DNA of 64,000 nucleotides from Auanema rhodensis (taxonomy: Eukaryota; Animalia; Nematoda): the NCBI GenBank assembly GCA_964057225.1, contig OZ059894.1, positions 11,904,001 to 11,968,000 of the forward strand. Reading direction: 5' to 3'. Positions 21,701 to 35,740 of the stretch are shown piece after piece. Both the position numbers and the translations under genes were made by a program. The notes beneath the pieces were generated by a model. The model ran no database searches, was not told the origin of the DNA, and was given only the letters and a program-made list of their open reading frames with translations. Each line of letters opens with the position of its first letter. Within the stretch, counting starts at the first letter, position 1.

Positions 21701-22221
21701 CAATGGAACACATATCGAAGGTTAATTCGATAAGAACGATTACTACACTTTGATCTTAGCCAAAAGGCCGAGAAGCGATACAGCATAGCCATGAGTATCA
21801 AAGACATCAAGCAAATGTATCGTACTTGTTACGAGTGCACTCTCTCATTTGAATATAAAAGTGTGGTTTGACAATCTTGACTGTACAGGTCATAAATGGC
21901 TCATATAAACTGTGGATTTACTCAACTTTTGGACTTATTTTTTTCTTATTCGAAGCGCTGCACTTTTTTCTATTCTTTTTATTCAAATACTTGTATATAG
22001 TTTTATATGTACGGTTGCAAAGTTTCCGAATATTTTATATATTTTTATACAATAATTAGGAGAAGGTTAATACAATGAAATCTCCCAACTTTACAGTGTT
22101 TGTATTGCTTACAGTATCTAGAACAACCACTCTTGTAATATTAGAGCACATATCAATCAACAACTTTTTCTAGTTATCAAAGCTTTTTTATTTCTTCAAG
22201 ATATTTCAAATAAAATATAAA

Positions 22222-22340
22222 AGCTTACGACACCCGGGATTCCCAAGCCGTCTCCGATCCAAGTACTAACCGGGCCCAACGTTGCTTGACTTGCCAGATC
22301 GGACGGGATGGCGTACTTTCAACGTGGTATGGTCGTAAGC
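22222..22340 (-). rRNA. 5S: 5S rRNA (single-5S unit)
   Basis: Identical copy, hybrid flanks. Confidence 0.98.
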
Positions 22341-22482
22341 AATGTTATATTCTTCATTATCAGTTATATCACTCTAAATCTTGTTGTTAATAGATACGAC
22401 CACAAAGAAAACAACAGGAACAGTAACAATAACAAAAAAAATTTTTTTTTCACCTATGTGTCTAAAGGTTAGCCATGTATCC

Positions 22483-22538
<56 letters not shown>

Positions 22539-23719
22539 ACAGTAAAAAGTCCAATCAAGAGAGAAATTTTTTCAACACATAGTTGTTTTTTTTTAAATAT
22601 CATTGTTTTTCCTCATAACTCGGTTTAAACTCGTTCTAACCCGTTGAAATACGTCTAGAAAGTCTTTATAACATGCATATGTATGATAGAACTTCATATT
22701 TATTGTAATAGAAAATTTTATTTTCAGACGTCTTGGTTAACAATGATATGTTTTACCCCCTTATAATTTTTATCATAATGTTCCTTATACGGAACGCTCA
22801 ATGAAACTTGCTTCCAGAAAAATTTCTTTCTATTTTTTCTTCATATGTACGTAGATACTATAGAGAACTATGATAGAAAACTTTAACATTCACGAAATCA
22901 TCATTTCTCATTACGCTACGGAGGTTTAAAAAGCTGTGTTTTACCTTATAATAGACCGGAAAACCCTTGTGTTAAAACTGGACCGTTTTTACACATATAA
23001 AAATGTCCCGTATTCGGGACCCTAATGTAACTTTTGATTCCCTATATTTTTTTTCATGAAATTTACAATCTACTGTAGAAAGAAGAATTATTTTTATAAA
23101 AACTGTAAATTTTTGAAAAATGAAAACAAAACGAAAACAAAAACAACTTTTTTTTGAACATTTTCTCACACAAGGGTCCCCCCTTACCTACTTTTTTTCT
23201 CATTACTCGTTTCAACCTCATCCGATCACTCTGCAAACATGTTTAATCGTTCTAACTTGTTGAAATACGTCTTAAAAGTCTAAACAACATGCATATGCAT
23301 AATAGAAACCACCCGAATAGGCCCCCACGCACTAAACGAGATATATACATTACCAGTATAGTAATAGAACACATATTGAAGATTAATTCGATAAGAACAA
23401 TTTATTGACGTAGAGAATGTTTGTTCCGAAAAACTACAATATTAAACTATAAAAGTAACAAAAGCGTAGAGGCAGCAAAGACATGAATAAACATAAATGT
23501 AAATACAGAATTACCAGGTAGTACATAAGTATGACAAAAAATTATAAGAAAGCCATGAAAATAGAAGGTTTGTGAACAAATGAGAGGTACATCTTTGATC
23601 GTATAGTCATTTCTAAACCGTTCGTATGCTGCAGCATCGTCATAAGCGTCACTCAAGTTGAATTTCCATGTGTACTACACGATTTTCATTCTTATTGTTA
23701 CATTCTTTCCCTGAGGGAA

Positions 23720-23903
23720 TGGGCCGTTCCCGCCAGCAGTGCAAGAGCGGGTCGACCCGTGAGGTGGAGCTAGCAAGCCAGCATCTACCTCAAGTCTCAA
23801 AAATCGGTTAACCTTATTGTGAACCAATGGAACACATATCGAAGGTTAATTCGATAAGAACGATTACTACACTTTGATCTTAGCCAAAAGGCCGAGAAGC
23901 GAT
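23720..23903 (-). ncRNA. U2: U2 snRNA, intact
   Basis: Same sequence as 11674-11857. Confidence 0.97.
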
Positions 23904-24345
23904 ACAGCATAGCCATGAGTATCAAAGACATCAAGCAAATGTATCGTACTTGTTACGAGTGCACTCTCTCATTTGAATATAAAAGTGTGGTTTGACAATC
24001 TTGACTGTACAGGTCATAAATGGCTCATATAAACTGTGGATTTACTCAACTTTTGGACTTATTTTTTTCTTATTCGAAGCGCTGCACTTTTTTCTATTCT
24101 TTTTATTCAAATACTTGTATATAGTTTTATATGTACGGTTGCAAAGTTTCCGAATATTTTATATATTTTTATACAATAATTAGGAGAAGGTTAATACAAT
24201 GAAATCTCCCAACTTTACAGTGTTTGTATTGCTTACAGTATCTAGAACAACCACTCTTGTAATATTAGAGCACATATCAATCAACAACTTTTTCTAGTTA
24301 TCAAAGCTTTTTTATTTCTTCAAGATATTTCAAATAAAATATAAA

Positions 24346-24454
24346 AGCTTACGACACCCGGGATTCTCCGATCCAAGTACTAACCGGGCCCAACGTTGCT
24401 TGACTTGCCAGATCGGACGGGATGGCGTACTTTCAACGTGGTATGGTCGTAAGC
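24346..24454 (-). pseudogene. 5S: 5S rRNA with 10-bp internal deletion
   Basis: ggattctccg instead of ggattcccaagccgtctccg. Confidence 0.9.
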
Positions 24455-24695
24455 AATGTTATATTCTTCATTATCAGTTATATCACTCTAAATCTTGTTG
24501 TTAATAGTTAGGACCACAAAGAAAACAACAGGAACAGTAACAAATGAAATGCCCAAACTTTACAGTGTTCGAGTTATTTACAGTATCTAAGACTACCTCT
24601 GTCGTGTTATTAGAGCAAACATTCGATTAACAACAACTTTTTTTTAGTTATCAAAGCTTTTTTATTTCTTCAAAAAATTTCAAATAAAATATAAA

Positions 24696-24814
24696 AGCTT
24701 ACGACACCCGGGATTCCCAAGCCGTCTCCGATCCAAGTACTAACCGGGCCCAACGTTGCTTGACTTGCCAGATCGGACGGGATGGCGTACTTTCAACGTG
24801 GTATGGTCGTAAGC
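24696..24814 (-). rRNA. 5S: 5S rRNA
   Basis: Identical copy. Confidence 0.98.
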
Positions 24815-24956
24815 AATGTCATATTCTTCATTATCAGTTATATCACTCTAAATCTTGTTGTTAATAGATACGACCACAAAGAAAACAACAGGAACAGTAA
24901 CAATAACAAAAAAAATTTTTTTTTCACCTATGTGTCTAAAGGTTAGCCATGTATCC

Positions 24957-25000
<44 letters not shown>

Positions 25001-26182
25001 ACAGTAAAAAGTCCAATCAAGAGAGAAATTTTTTCAACACATAGTTGTTTTTTTTTTAAATATCATTGTTTTTCCTCATAACTCGGTTTAAACTCGTTCT
25101 AACCCGTTGAAATACGTCTAGAAAGTCTTTATAACATGCATATGTATGATAGAACTTCATATTTATTGTAATAGAAAATTTTATTTTCAGACGTCTTGGT
25201 TAACAATGATATGTTTTACCCCCTTATAATTTTTATCATAATGTTCCTTATACGGAACGCTCAATGAAACTTGCTTCCAGAAAAATTTCTTTCTATTTTT
25301 TCTTCATATGTACGTAGATACTATAGAGAACTATGATAGAAAACTTTAACATTCACGAAATCATCATTTCTCATTACGCTACGGAGGTTTAAAAAGCTGT
25401 GTTTTACCTTATAATAGACCGGAAAACCCTTGTGTTAAAACTGGACCGTTTTTACACATATAAAAATGTCCCGTATTCGGGACCCTAATGTAACTTTTGA
25501 TTCCCTATATTTTTTTTCATGAAATTTACAATCTACTGTAGAAAGAAGAATTATTTTTATAAAAACTGTAAATTTTTGAAAAATGAAAACAAAACGAAAA
25601 CAAAAACAACTTTTTTTTGAACATTTTCTCACACAAGGGTCCCCCCTTACCTACTTTTTTTCTCATTACTCGTTTCAACCTCATCCGATCACTCTGCAAA
25701 CATGTTTAATCGTTCTAACTTGTTGAAATACGTCTTAAAAGTCTAAACAACATGCATATGCATAATAGAAACCACCCGAATAGGCCCCCACGCACTAAAC
25801 GAGATATATACATTACCAGTATAGTAATAGAACACATATTGAAGATTAATTCGATAAGAACAATTTATTGACGTAGAGAATGTTTGTTCCGAAAAACTAC
25901 AATATTAAACTATAAAAGTAACAAAAGCGTAGAGGCAGCAAAGACATGAATAAACATAAATGTAAATACAGAATTACCAGGTAGTACATAAGTATGACAA
26001 AAAATTATAAGAAAGCCATGAAAATAGAAGGTTTGTGAACAAATGAGAGGTACATCTTTGATCGTATAGTCATTTCTAAACCGTTCGTATGCTGCAGCAT
26101 CGTCATAAGCGTCACTCAAGTTGAATTTCCATGTGTACTACACGATTTTCATTCTTATTGTTACATTCTTTCCCTGAGGGAA

Positions 26183-26366
26183 TGGGCCGTTCCCGCCAGC
26201 AGTGCAAGAGCGGGTCGACCCGTGAGGTGGAGCTAGCAAGCCAGCATCTACCTCAAGTCTCAAAAATCGGTTAACCTTATTGTGAACCAATGGAACACAT
26301 ATCGAAGGTTAATTCGATAAGAACGATTACTACACTTTGATCTTAGCCAAAAGGCCGAGAAGCGAT
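26183..26366 (-). ncRNA. U2: U2 snRNA, intact
   Basis: Same sequence as 11674-11857. Confidence 0.97.
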
Positions 26367-26808
26367 ACAGCATAGCCATGAGTATCAAAGACATCAAGCA
26401 AATGTATCGTACTTGTTACGAGTGCACTCTCTCATTTGAATATAAAAGTGTGGTTTGACAATCTTGACTGTACAGGTCATAAATGGCTCATATAAACTGT
26501 GGATTTACTCAACTTTTGGACTTATTTTTTTCTTATTCGAAGCGCTGCACTTTTTTCTATTCTTTTTATTCAAATACTTGTATATAGTTTTATATGTACG
26601 GTTGCAAAGTTTCCGAATATTTTATATATTTTTATACAATAATTAGGAGAAGGTTAATACAATGAAATCTCCCAACTTTACAGTGTTTGTATTGCTTACA
26701 GTATCTAGAACAACCACTCTTGTAATATTAGAGCACATATCAATCAACAACTTTTTCTAGTTATCAAAGCTTTTTTATTTCTTCAAGATATTTCAAATAA
26801 AATATAAA

Positions 26809-26927
26809 AGCTTACGACACCCGGGATTCCCAAGCCGTCTCCGATCCAAGTACTAACCGGGCCCAACGTTGCTTGACTTGCCAGATCGGACGGGATGGCG
26901 TACTTTCAACGTGGTATGGTCGTAAGC
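26809..26927 (-). rRNA. 5S: 5S rRNA
   Basis: Identical copy. Confidence 0.98.
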
Positions 26928-27168
26928 AATGTTATATTCTTCATTATCAGTTATATCACTCTAAATCTTGTTGTTAATAGTTAGGACCACAAAGAAAACA
27001 ACAGGAACAGTAACAAATGAAATGCCCAAACTTTACAGTGTTCGAGTTATTTACAGTATCTAAGACTACCTCTGTCGTGTTATTAGAGCAAACATTCGAT
27101 TAACAACAACTTTTTTTTAGTTATCAAAGCTTTTTTATTTCTTCAAAAAATTTCAAATAAAATATAAA

Positions 27169-27287
27169 AGCTTACGACACCCGGGATTCCCAAGCCGTCT
27201 CCGATCCAAGTACTAACCGGGCCCAACGTTGCTTGACTTGCCAGATCGGACGGGATGGCGTACTTTCAACGTGGTATGGTCGTAAGC
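27169..27287 (-). rRNA. 5S: 5S rRNA
   Basis: Identical copy. Confidence 0.98.
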
Positions 27288-27429
27288 AATGTCATATTCT
27301 TCATTATCAGTTATATCACTCTAAATCTTGTTGTTAATAGATACGACCACAAAGAAAACAACAGGAACAGTAACAATAACAAAAAAAATTTTTTTTTCAC
27401 CTATGTGTCTAAAGGTTAGCCATGTATCC

Positions 27430-27477
<48 letters not shown>

Positions 27478-28804
27478 ACAGTAAAAAGTCCAATCAAGAG
27501 AGAAATTTTTTCAACACATAGTTGTTTTTTTTTAAATATCATTGTTTTTCCTCATAACTCGGTTTAAACTCGTTCTAACCCGTTGAAATACGTCTAGAAA
27601 GTCTTTATAACATGCATATGTATGATAGAACTTCATATTTATTGTAATAGAAAATTTTATTTTCAGACGTCTTGGTTAACAATGATATGTTTTACCCCCT
27701 TATAATTTTTATCATAATGTTCCTTATACGGAACGCTCAATGAAACTTGCTTCCAGAAAAATTTCTTTCTATTTTTTCTTCATATGTACGTAGATACTAT
27801 AGAGAACTATGATAGAAAACTTTAACATTCACGAAATCATCATTTCTCATTACGCTACGGAGGTTTAAAAAGCTGTGTTTTACCTTATAATAGACCGGAA
27901 AACCCTTGTGTTAAAACTGGACCGTTTTTACACATATAAAAATGTCCCGTATTCGGGACCCTAATGTAACTTTTGATTCCCTATATTTTTTTTCATGAAA
28001 TTTACAATCTACTGTAGAAAGAAGAATTATTTTTATAAAAACTGTAAATTTTTGAAAAATGAAAACAAAACGAAAACAAAAACAACTTTTTTTTGAACAT
28101 TTTCTCACACAAGGGTCCCCCCTTACCTACTTTTTTTCTCATTACTCGTTTCAACCTCATCCGATCACTCTGCAAACATGTTTAATCGTTCTAACTTGTT
28201 GAAATACGTCTTAAAAGTCTAAACAACATGCATATGCATAATAGAAACCACCCGAATAGGCCCCCACGCACTAAACGAGATATATACATTACCAGTATAG
28301 TAATAGAACACATATTGAAGATTAATTCGATAAGAACAATTTATTGACGTAGAGAATGTTTGTTCCGAAAAACTACAATATTAAACTATAAAAGTAACAA
28401 AAGCGTAGAGGCAGCAAAGACATGAATAAACATAAATGTAAATACAGAATTACCAGGTAGTACATAAGTATGACAAAAAATTATAAGAAAGCCATGAAAA
28501 TAGAAGGTTTGTGAACAAATGAGAGGTACATCTTTGATCGTATAGTCATTTCTAAACCGTTCGTATGCTGCAGCATCGTCATAAGCGTCACTCAAGTTGA
28601 ATTTCCATGTGTACTACACGATTTTCATTCTTATTGTTACATTCTTTCCCTGAGGGAATGGGCCGTTCCCGCCAGCAGTGCAAGAGCGGGTCGACCCGTG
28701 AGGTGGAGCTAGCAAGCCAGCATCTACCTCAAGTCTCAAAAATCGGTTAACCTTATTGTGAACCAATGGAACACATATCGAAGGTTAATTCGATAAGAAC
28801 GATT

Positions 28805-29592
28805 TATTGAAGTAGATAATGTTTGTCCCGGAGGACTACAATATTAAAATAATTACTGAAGCCCGAAGGCAGCGAGAAATAGTAAGGATACTACCTGCAC
28901 TGAGTGCGTCGTATCATAAAAAAAGAGATAGCTAATGGGCAAGTTGAAGAGCTTGAAATTAACAATGACGTCACTAGAAGTAAAGTTTTCTATCTGCAGC
29001 TGCGGGTAAAGAGGGTCAGCGTAAGCAGAATTCAATTCTACCAACAATTAGTGGGAACATTGAGAGAACAGATGAAGGAGGAAATTGTAACTTCAAGTAA
29101 AATAGATTATATCTTCAGCTGCGGGTAAAGAGAGTCAGCTTTGTACAGATTACTAGTTTACATAAGAAGTGGTAACATTTCAAAAAAGGAGCACAACATA
29201 AAAAACGAGACTACGGACTATGAGGTAAATGTTATCATTGTCTGGATCGATGATTCGGCATTTGATTGCAGCTGCGGATTGAGTGGATCAGCTTGCATGG
29301 CGTCCGCATTCGACATCAGGGAAAATGATGAGTTTCTTGAGGTCCGGCTCGGCGGGCTGTTATGTCCTATTCCCTGTTGATGGTGTTGTTGTCCTTGAGC
29401 TTGTTCTTCTTCCCAGAAAAAAAAAAACTGTGAAGCTGAAGAGTCCTATTAAACGTCTTTAAACGCAAGATTAATAAGAAGCTACTACAGCTAACACAGG
29501 ACCGCCTCAAGGCCTGGTAGATCAACCAGTGTTGCTTCAATCACCAAGTATTGCGGCCTGGGCCCTTGGATCAATTCACAACACCAGTATAG
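28805..29592 (-). mobile_element. Short U2-inserted element, copy 5
   Basis: Matches copy 1. Confidence 0.88.
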
Positions 29593-30113
29593 CAATGGAA
29601 CACATATCGAAGGTTAATTCGATAAGAACGATTACTACACTTTGATCTTAGCCAAAAGGCCGAGAAGCGATACAGCATAGCCATGAGTATCAAAGACATC
29701 AAGCAAATGTATCGTACTTGTTACGAGTGCACTCTCTCATTTGAATATAAAAGTGTGGTTTGACAATCTTGACTGTACAGGTCATAAATGGCTCATATAA
29801 ACTGTGGATTTACTCAACTTTTGGACTTATTTTTTTCTTATTCGAAGCGCTGCACTTTTTTCTATTCTTTTTATTCAAATACTTGTATATAGTTTTATAT
29901 GTACGGTTGCAAAGTTTCCGAATATTTTATATATTTTTATACAATAATTAGGAGAAGGTTAATACAATGAAATCTCCCAACTTTACAGTGTTTGTATTGC
30001 TTACAGTATCTAGAACAACCACTCTTGTAATATTAGAGCACATATCAATCAACAACTTTTTCTAGTTATCAAAGCTTTTTTATTTCTTCAAGATATTTCA
30101 AATAAAATATAAA

Positions 30114-30232
30114 AGCTTACGACACCCGGGATTCCCAAGCCGTCTCCGATCCAAGTACTAACCGGGCCCAACGTTGCTTGACTTGCCAGATCGGACGGGA
30201 TGGCGTACTTTCAACGTGGTATGGTCGTAAGC
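30114..30232 (-). rRNA. 5S: 5S rRNA
   Basis: Identical copy. Confidence 0.98.
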
Positions 30233-30473
30233 AATGTTATATTCTTCATTATCAGTTATATCACTCTAAATCTTGTTGTTAATAGTTAGGACCACAAAGA
30301 AAACAACAGGAACAGTAACAAATGAAATGCCCAAACTTTACAGTGTTCGAGTTATTTACAGTATCTAAGACTACCTCTGTCGTGTTATTAGAGCAAACAT
30401 TCGATTAACAACAACTTTTTTTTAGTTATCAAAGCTTTTTTATTTCTTCAAAAAATTTCAAATAAAATATAAA

Positions 30474-30592
30474 AGCTTACGACACCCGGGATTCCCAAGC
30501 CGTCTCCGATCCAAGTACTAACCGGGCCCAACGTTGCTTGACTTGCCAGATCGGACGGGATGGCGTACTTTCAACGTGGTATGGTCGTAAGC
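30474..30592 (-). rRNA. 5S: 5S rRNA
   Basis: Identical copy. Confidence 0.98.
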
Positions 30593-30734
30593 AATGTCAT
30601 ATTCTTCATTATCAGTTATATCACTCTAAATCTTGTTGTTAATAGATACGACCACAAAGAAAACAACAGGAACAGTAACAATAACAAAAAAAATTTTTTT
30701 TTCACCTATGTGTCTAAAGGTTAGCCATGTATCC

Positions 30735-30786
<52 letters not shown>

Positions 30787-31968
30787 ACAGTAAAAAGTCC
30801 AATCAAGAGAGAAATTTTTTCAACACATAGTTGTTTTTTTTTTAAATATCATTGTTTTTCCTCATAACTCGGTTTAAACTCGTTCTAACCCGTTGAAATA
30901 CGTCTAGAAAGTCTTTATAACATGCATATGTATGATAGAACTTCATATTTATTGTAATAGAAAATTTTATTTTCAGACGTCTTGGTTAACAATGATATGT
31001 TTTACCCCCTTATAATTTTTATCATAATGTTCCTTATACGGAACGCTCAATGAAACTTGCTTCCAGAAAAATTTCTTTCTATTTTTTCTTCATATGTACG
31101 TAGATACTATAGAGAACTATGATAGAAAACTTTAACATTCACGAAATCATCATTTCTCATTACGCTACGGAGGTTTAAAAAGCTGTGTTTTACCTTATAA
31201 TAGACCGGAAAACCCTTGTGTTAAAACTGGACCGTTTTTACACATATAAAAATGTCCCGTATTCGGGACCCTAATGTAACTTTTGATTCCCTATATTTTT
31301 TTTCATGAAATTTACAATCTACTGTAGAAAGAAGAATTATTTTTATAAAAACTGTAAATTTTTGAAAAATGAAAACAAAACGAAAACAAAAACAACTTTT
31401 TTTTGAACATTTTCTCACACAAGGGTCCCCCCTTACCTACTTTTTTTCTCATTACTCGTTTCAACCTCATCCGATCACTCTGCAAACATGTTTAATCGTT
31501 CTAACTTGTTGAAATACGTCTTAAAAGTCTAAACAACATGCATATGCATAATAGAAACCACCCGAATAGGCCCCCACGCACTAAACGAGATATATACATT
31601 ACCAGTATAGTAATAGAACACATATTGAAGATTAATTCGATAAGAACAATTTATTGACGTAGAGAATGTTTGTTCCGAAAAACTACAATATTAAACTATA
31701 AAAGTAACAAAAGCGTAGAGGCAGCAAAGACATGAATAAACATAAATGTAAATACAGAATTACCAGGTAGTACATAAGTATGACAAAAAATTATAAGAAA
31801 GCCATGAAAATAGAAGGTTTGTGAACAAATGAGAGGTACATCTTTGATCGTATAGTCATTTCTAAACCGTTCGTATGCTGCAGCATCGTCATAAGCGTCA
31901 CTCAAGTTGAATTTCCATGTGTACTACACGATTTTCATTCTTATTGTTACATTCTTTCCCTGAGGGAA

Positions 31969-32152
31969 TGGGCCGTTCCCGCCAGCAGTGCAAGAGCGGG
32001 TCGACCCGTGAGGTGGAGCTAGCAAGCCAGCATCTACCTCAAGTCTCAAAAATCGGTTAACCTTATTGTGAACCAATGGAACACATATCGAAGGTTAATT
32101 CGATAAGAACGATTACTACACTTTGATCTTAGCCAAAAGGCCGAGAAGCGAT
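31969..32152 (-). ncRNA. U2: U2 snRNA, intact
   Basis: Same sequence as 11674-11857. Confidence 0.97.
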
Positions 32153-32594
32153 ACAGCATAGCCATGAGTATCAAAGACATCAAGCAAATGTATCGTACTT
32201 GTTACGAGTGCACTCTCTCATTTGAATATAAAAGTGTGGTTTGACAATCTTGACTGTACAGGTCATAAATGGCTCATATAAACTGTGGATTTACTCAACT
32301 TTTGGACTTATTTTTTTCTTATTCGAAGCGCTGCACTTTTTTCTATTCTTTTTATTCAAATACTTGTATATAGTTTTATATGTACGGTTGCAAAGTTTCC
32401 GAATATTTTATATATTTTTATACAATAATTAGGAGAAGGTTAATACAATGAAATCTCCCAACTTTACAGTGTTTGTATTGCTTACAGTATCTAGAACAAC
32501 CACTCTTGTAATATTAGAGCACATATCAATCAACAACTTTTTCTAGTTATCAAAGCTTTTTTATTTCTTCAAGATATTTCAAATAAAATATAAA

Positions 32595-32713
32595 AGCTTA
32601 CGACACCCGGGATTCCCAAGCCGTCTCCGATCCAAGTACTAACCGGGCCCAACGTTGCTTGACTTGCCAGATCGGACGGGATGGCGTACTTTCAACGTGG
32701 TATGGTCGTAAGC
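32595..32713 (-). rRNA. 5S: 5S rRNA
   Basis: Identical copy. Confidence 0.98.
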
Positions 32714-32954
32714 AATGTTATATTCTTCATTATCAGTTATATCACTCTAAATCTTGTTGTTAATAGTTAGGACCACAAAGAAAACAACAGGAACAGTAAC
32801 AAATGAAATGCCCAAACTTTACAGTGTTCGAGTTATTTACAGTATCTAAGACTACCTCTGTCGTGTTATTAGAGCAAACATTCGATTAACAACAACTTTT
32901 TTTTAGTTATCAAAGCTTTTTTATTTCTTCAAAAAATTTCAAATAAAATATAAA

Positions 32955-33073
32955 AGCTTACGACACCCGGGATTCCCAAGCCGTCTCCGATCCAAGTACT
33001 AACCGGGCCCAACGTTGCTTGACTTGCCAGATCGGACGGGATGGCGTACTTTCAACGTGGTATGGTCGTAAGC
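32955..33073 (-). rRNA. 5S: 5S rRNA
   Basis: Identical copy. Confidence 0.98.
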
Positions 33074-33215
33074 AATGTCATATTCTTCATTATCAGTTAT
33101 ATCACTCTAAATCTTGTTGTTAATAGATACGACCACAAAGAAAACAACAGGAACAGTAACAATAACAAAAAAAATTTTTTTTTCACCTATGTGTCTAAAG
33201 GTTAGCCATGTATCC

Positions 33216-33263
<48 letters not shown>

Positions 33264-34445
33264 ACAGTAAAAAGTCCAATCAAGAGAGAAATTTTTTCAA
33301 CACATAGTTGTTTTTTTTTTAAATATCATTGTTTTTCCTCATAACTCGGTTTAAACTCGTTCTAACCCGTTGAAATACGTCTAGAAAGTCTTTATAACAT
33401 GCATATGTATGATAGAACTTCATATTTATTGTAATAGAAAATTTTATTTTCAGACGTCTTGGTTAACAATGATATGTTTTACCCCCTTATAATTTTTATC
33501 ATAATGTTCCTTATACGGAACGCTCAATGAAACTTGCTTCCAGAAAAATTTCTTTCTATTTTTTCTTCATATGTACGTAGATACTATAGAGAACTATGAT
33601 AGAAAACTTTAACATTCACGAAATCATCATTTCTCATTACGCTACGGAGGTTTAAAAAGCTGTGTTTTACCTTATAATAGACCGGAAAACCCTTGTGTTA
33701 AAACTGGACCGTTTTTACACATATAAAAATGTCCCGTATTCGGGACCCTAATGTAACTTTTGATTCCCTATATTTTTTTTCATGAAATTTACAATCTACT
33801 GTAGAAAGAAGAATTATTTTTATAAAAACTGTAAATTTTTGAAAAATGAAAACAAAACGAAAACAAAAACAACTTTTTTTTGAACATTTTCTCACACAAG
33901 GGTCCCCCCTTACCTACTTTTTTTCTCATTACTCGTTTCAACCTCATCCGATCACTCTGCAAACATGTTTAATCGTTCTAACTTGTTGAAATACGTCTTA
34001 AAAGTCTAAACAACATGCATATGCATAATAGAAACCACCCGAATAGGCCCCCACGCACTAAACGAGATATATACATTACCAGTATAGTAATAGAACACAT
34101 ATTGAAGATTAATTCGATAAGAACAATTTATTGACGTAGAGAATGTTTGTTCCGAAAAACTACAATATTAAACTATAAAAGTAACAAAAGCGTAGAGGCA
34201 GCAAAGACATGAATAAACATAAATGTAAATACAGAATTACCAGGTAGTACATAAGTATGACAAAAAATTATAAGAAAGCCATGAAAATAGAAGGTTTGTG
34301 AACAAATGAGAGGTACATCTTTGATCGTATAGTCATTTCTAAACCGTTCGTATGCTGCAGCATCGTCATAAGCGTCACTCAAGTTGAATTTCCATGTGTA
34401 CTACACGATTTTCATTCTTATTGTTACATTCTTTCCCTGAGGGAA

Positions 34446-34629
34446 TGGGCCGTTCCCGCCAGCAGTGCAAGAGCGGGTCGACCCGTGAGGTGGAGCTAGC
34501 AAGCCAGCATCTACCTCAAGTCTCAAAAATCGGTTAACCTTATTGTGAACCAATGGAACACATATCGAAGGTTAATTCGATAAGAACGATTACTACACTT
34601 TGATCTTAGCCAAAAGGCCGAGAAGCGAT
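34446..34629 (-). ncRNA. U2: U2 snRNA, intact
   Basis: Same sequence as 11674-11857. Confidence 0.97.
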
Positions 34630-35071
34630 ACAGCATAGCCATGAGTATCAAAGACATCAAGCAAATGTATCGTACTTGTTACGAGTGCACTCTCTCATTT
34701 GAATATAAAAGTGTGGTTTGACAATCTTGACTGTACAGGTCATAAATGGCTCATATAAACTGTGGATTTACTCAACTTTTGGACTTATTTTTTTCTTATT
34801 CGAAGCGCTGCACTTTTTTCTATTCTTTTTATTCAAATACTTGTATATAGTTTTATATGTACGGTTGCAAAGTTTCCGAATATTTTATATATTTTTATAC
34901 AATAATTAGGAGAAGGTTAATACAATGAAATCTCCCAACTTTACAGTGTTTGTATTGCTTACAGTATCTAGAACAACCACTCTTGTAATATTAGAGCACA
35001 TATCAATCAACAACTTTTTCTAGTTATCAAAGCTTTTTTATTTCTTCAAGATATTTCAAATAAAATATAAA

Positions 35072-35190
35072 AGCTTACGACACCCGGGATTCCCAAGCCG
35101 TCTCCGATCCAAGTACTAACCGGGCCCAACGTTGCTTGACTTGCCAGATCGGACGGGATGGCGTACTTTCAACGTGGTATGGTCGTAAGC
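35072..35190 (-). rRNA. 5S: 5S rRNA
   Basis: Identical copy. Confidence 0.98.
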
Positions 35191-35431
35191 AATGTTATAT
35201 TCTTCATTATCAGTTATATCACTCTAAATCTTGTTGTTAATAGTTAGGACCACAAAGAAAACAACAGGAACAGTAACAAATGAAATGCCCAAACTTTACA
35301 GTGTTCGAGTTATTTACAGTATCTAAGACTACCTCTGTCGTGTTATTAGAGCAAACATTCGATTAACAACAACTTTTTTTTAGTTATCAAAGCTTTTTTA
35401 TTTCTTCAAAAAATTTCAAATAAAATATAAA

Positions 35432-35550
35432 AGCTTACGACACCCGGGATTCCCAAGCCGTCTCCGATCCAAGTACTAACCGGGCCCAACGTTGCTTGAC
35501 TTGCCAGATCGGACGGGATGGCGTACTTTCAACGTGGTATGGTCGTAAGC
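35432..35550 (-). rRNA. 5S: 5S rRNA
   Basis: Identical copy. Confidence 0.98.
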
Positions 35551-35692
35551 AATGTCATATTCTTCATTATCAGTTATATCACTCTAAATCTTGTTGTTAA
35601 TAGATACGACCACAAAGAAAACAACAGGAACAGTAACAATAACAAAAAAAATTTTTTTTTCACCTATGTGTCTAAAGGTTAGCCATGTATCC

Positions 35693-35740
<48 letters not shown>

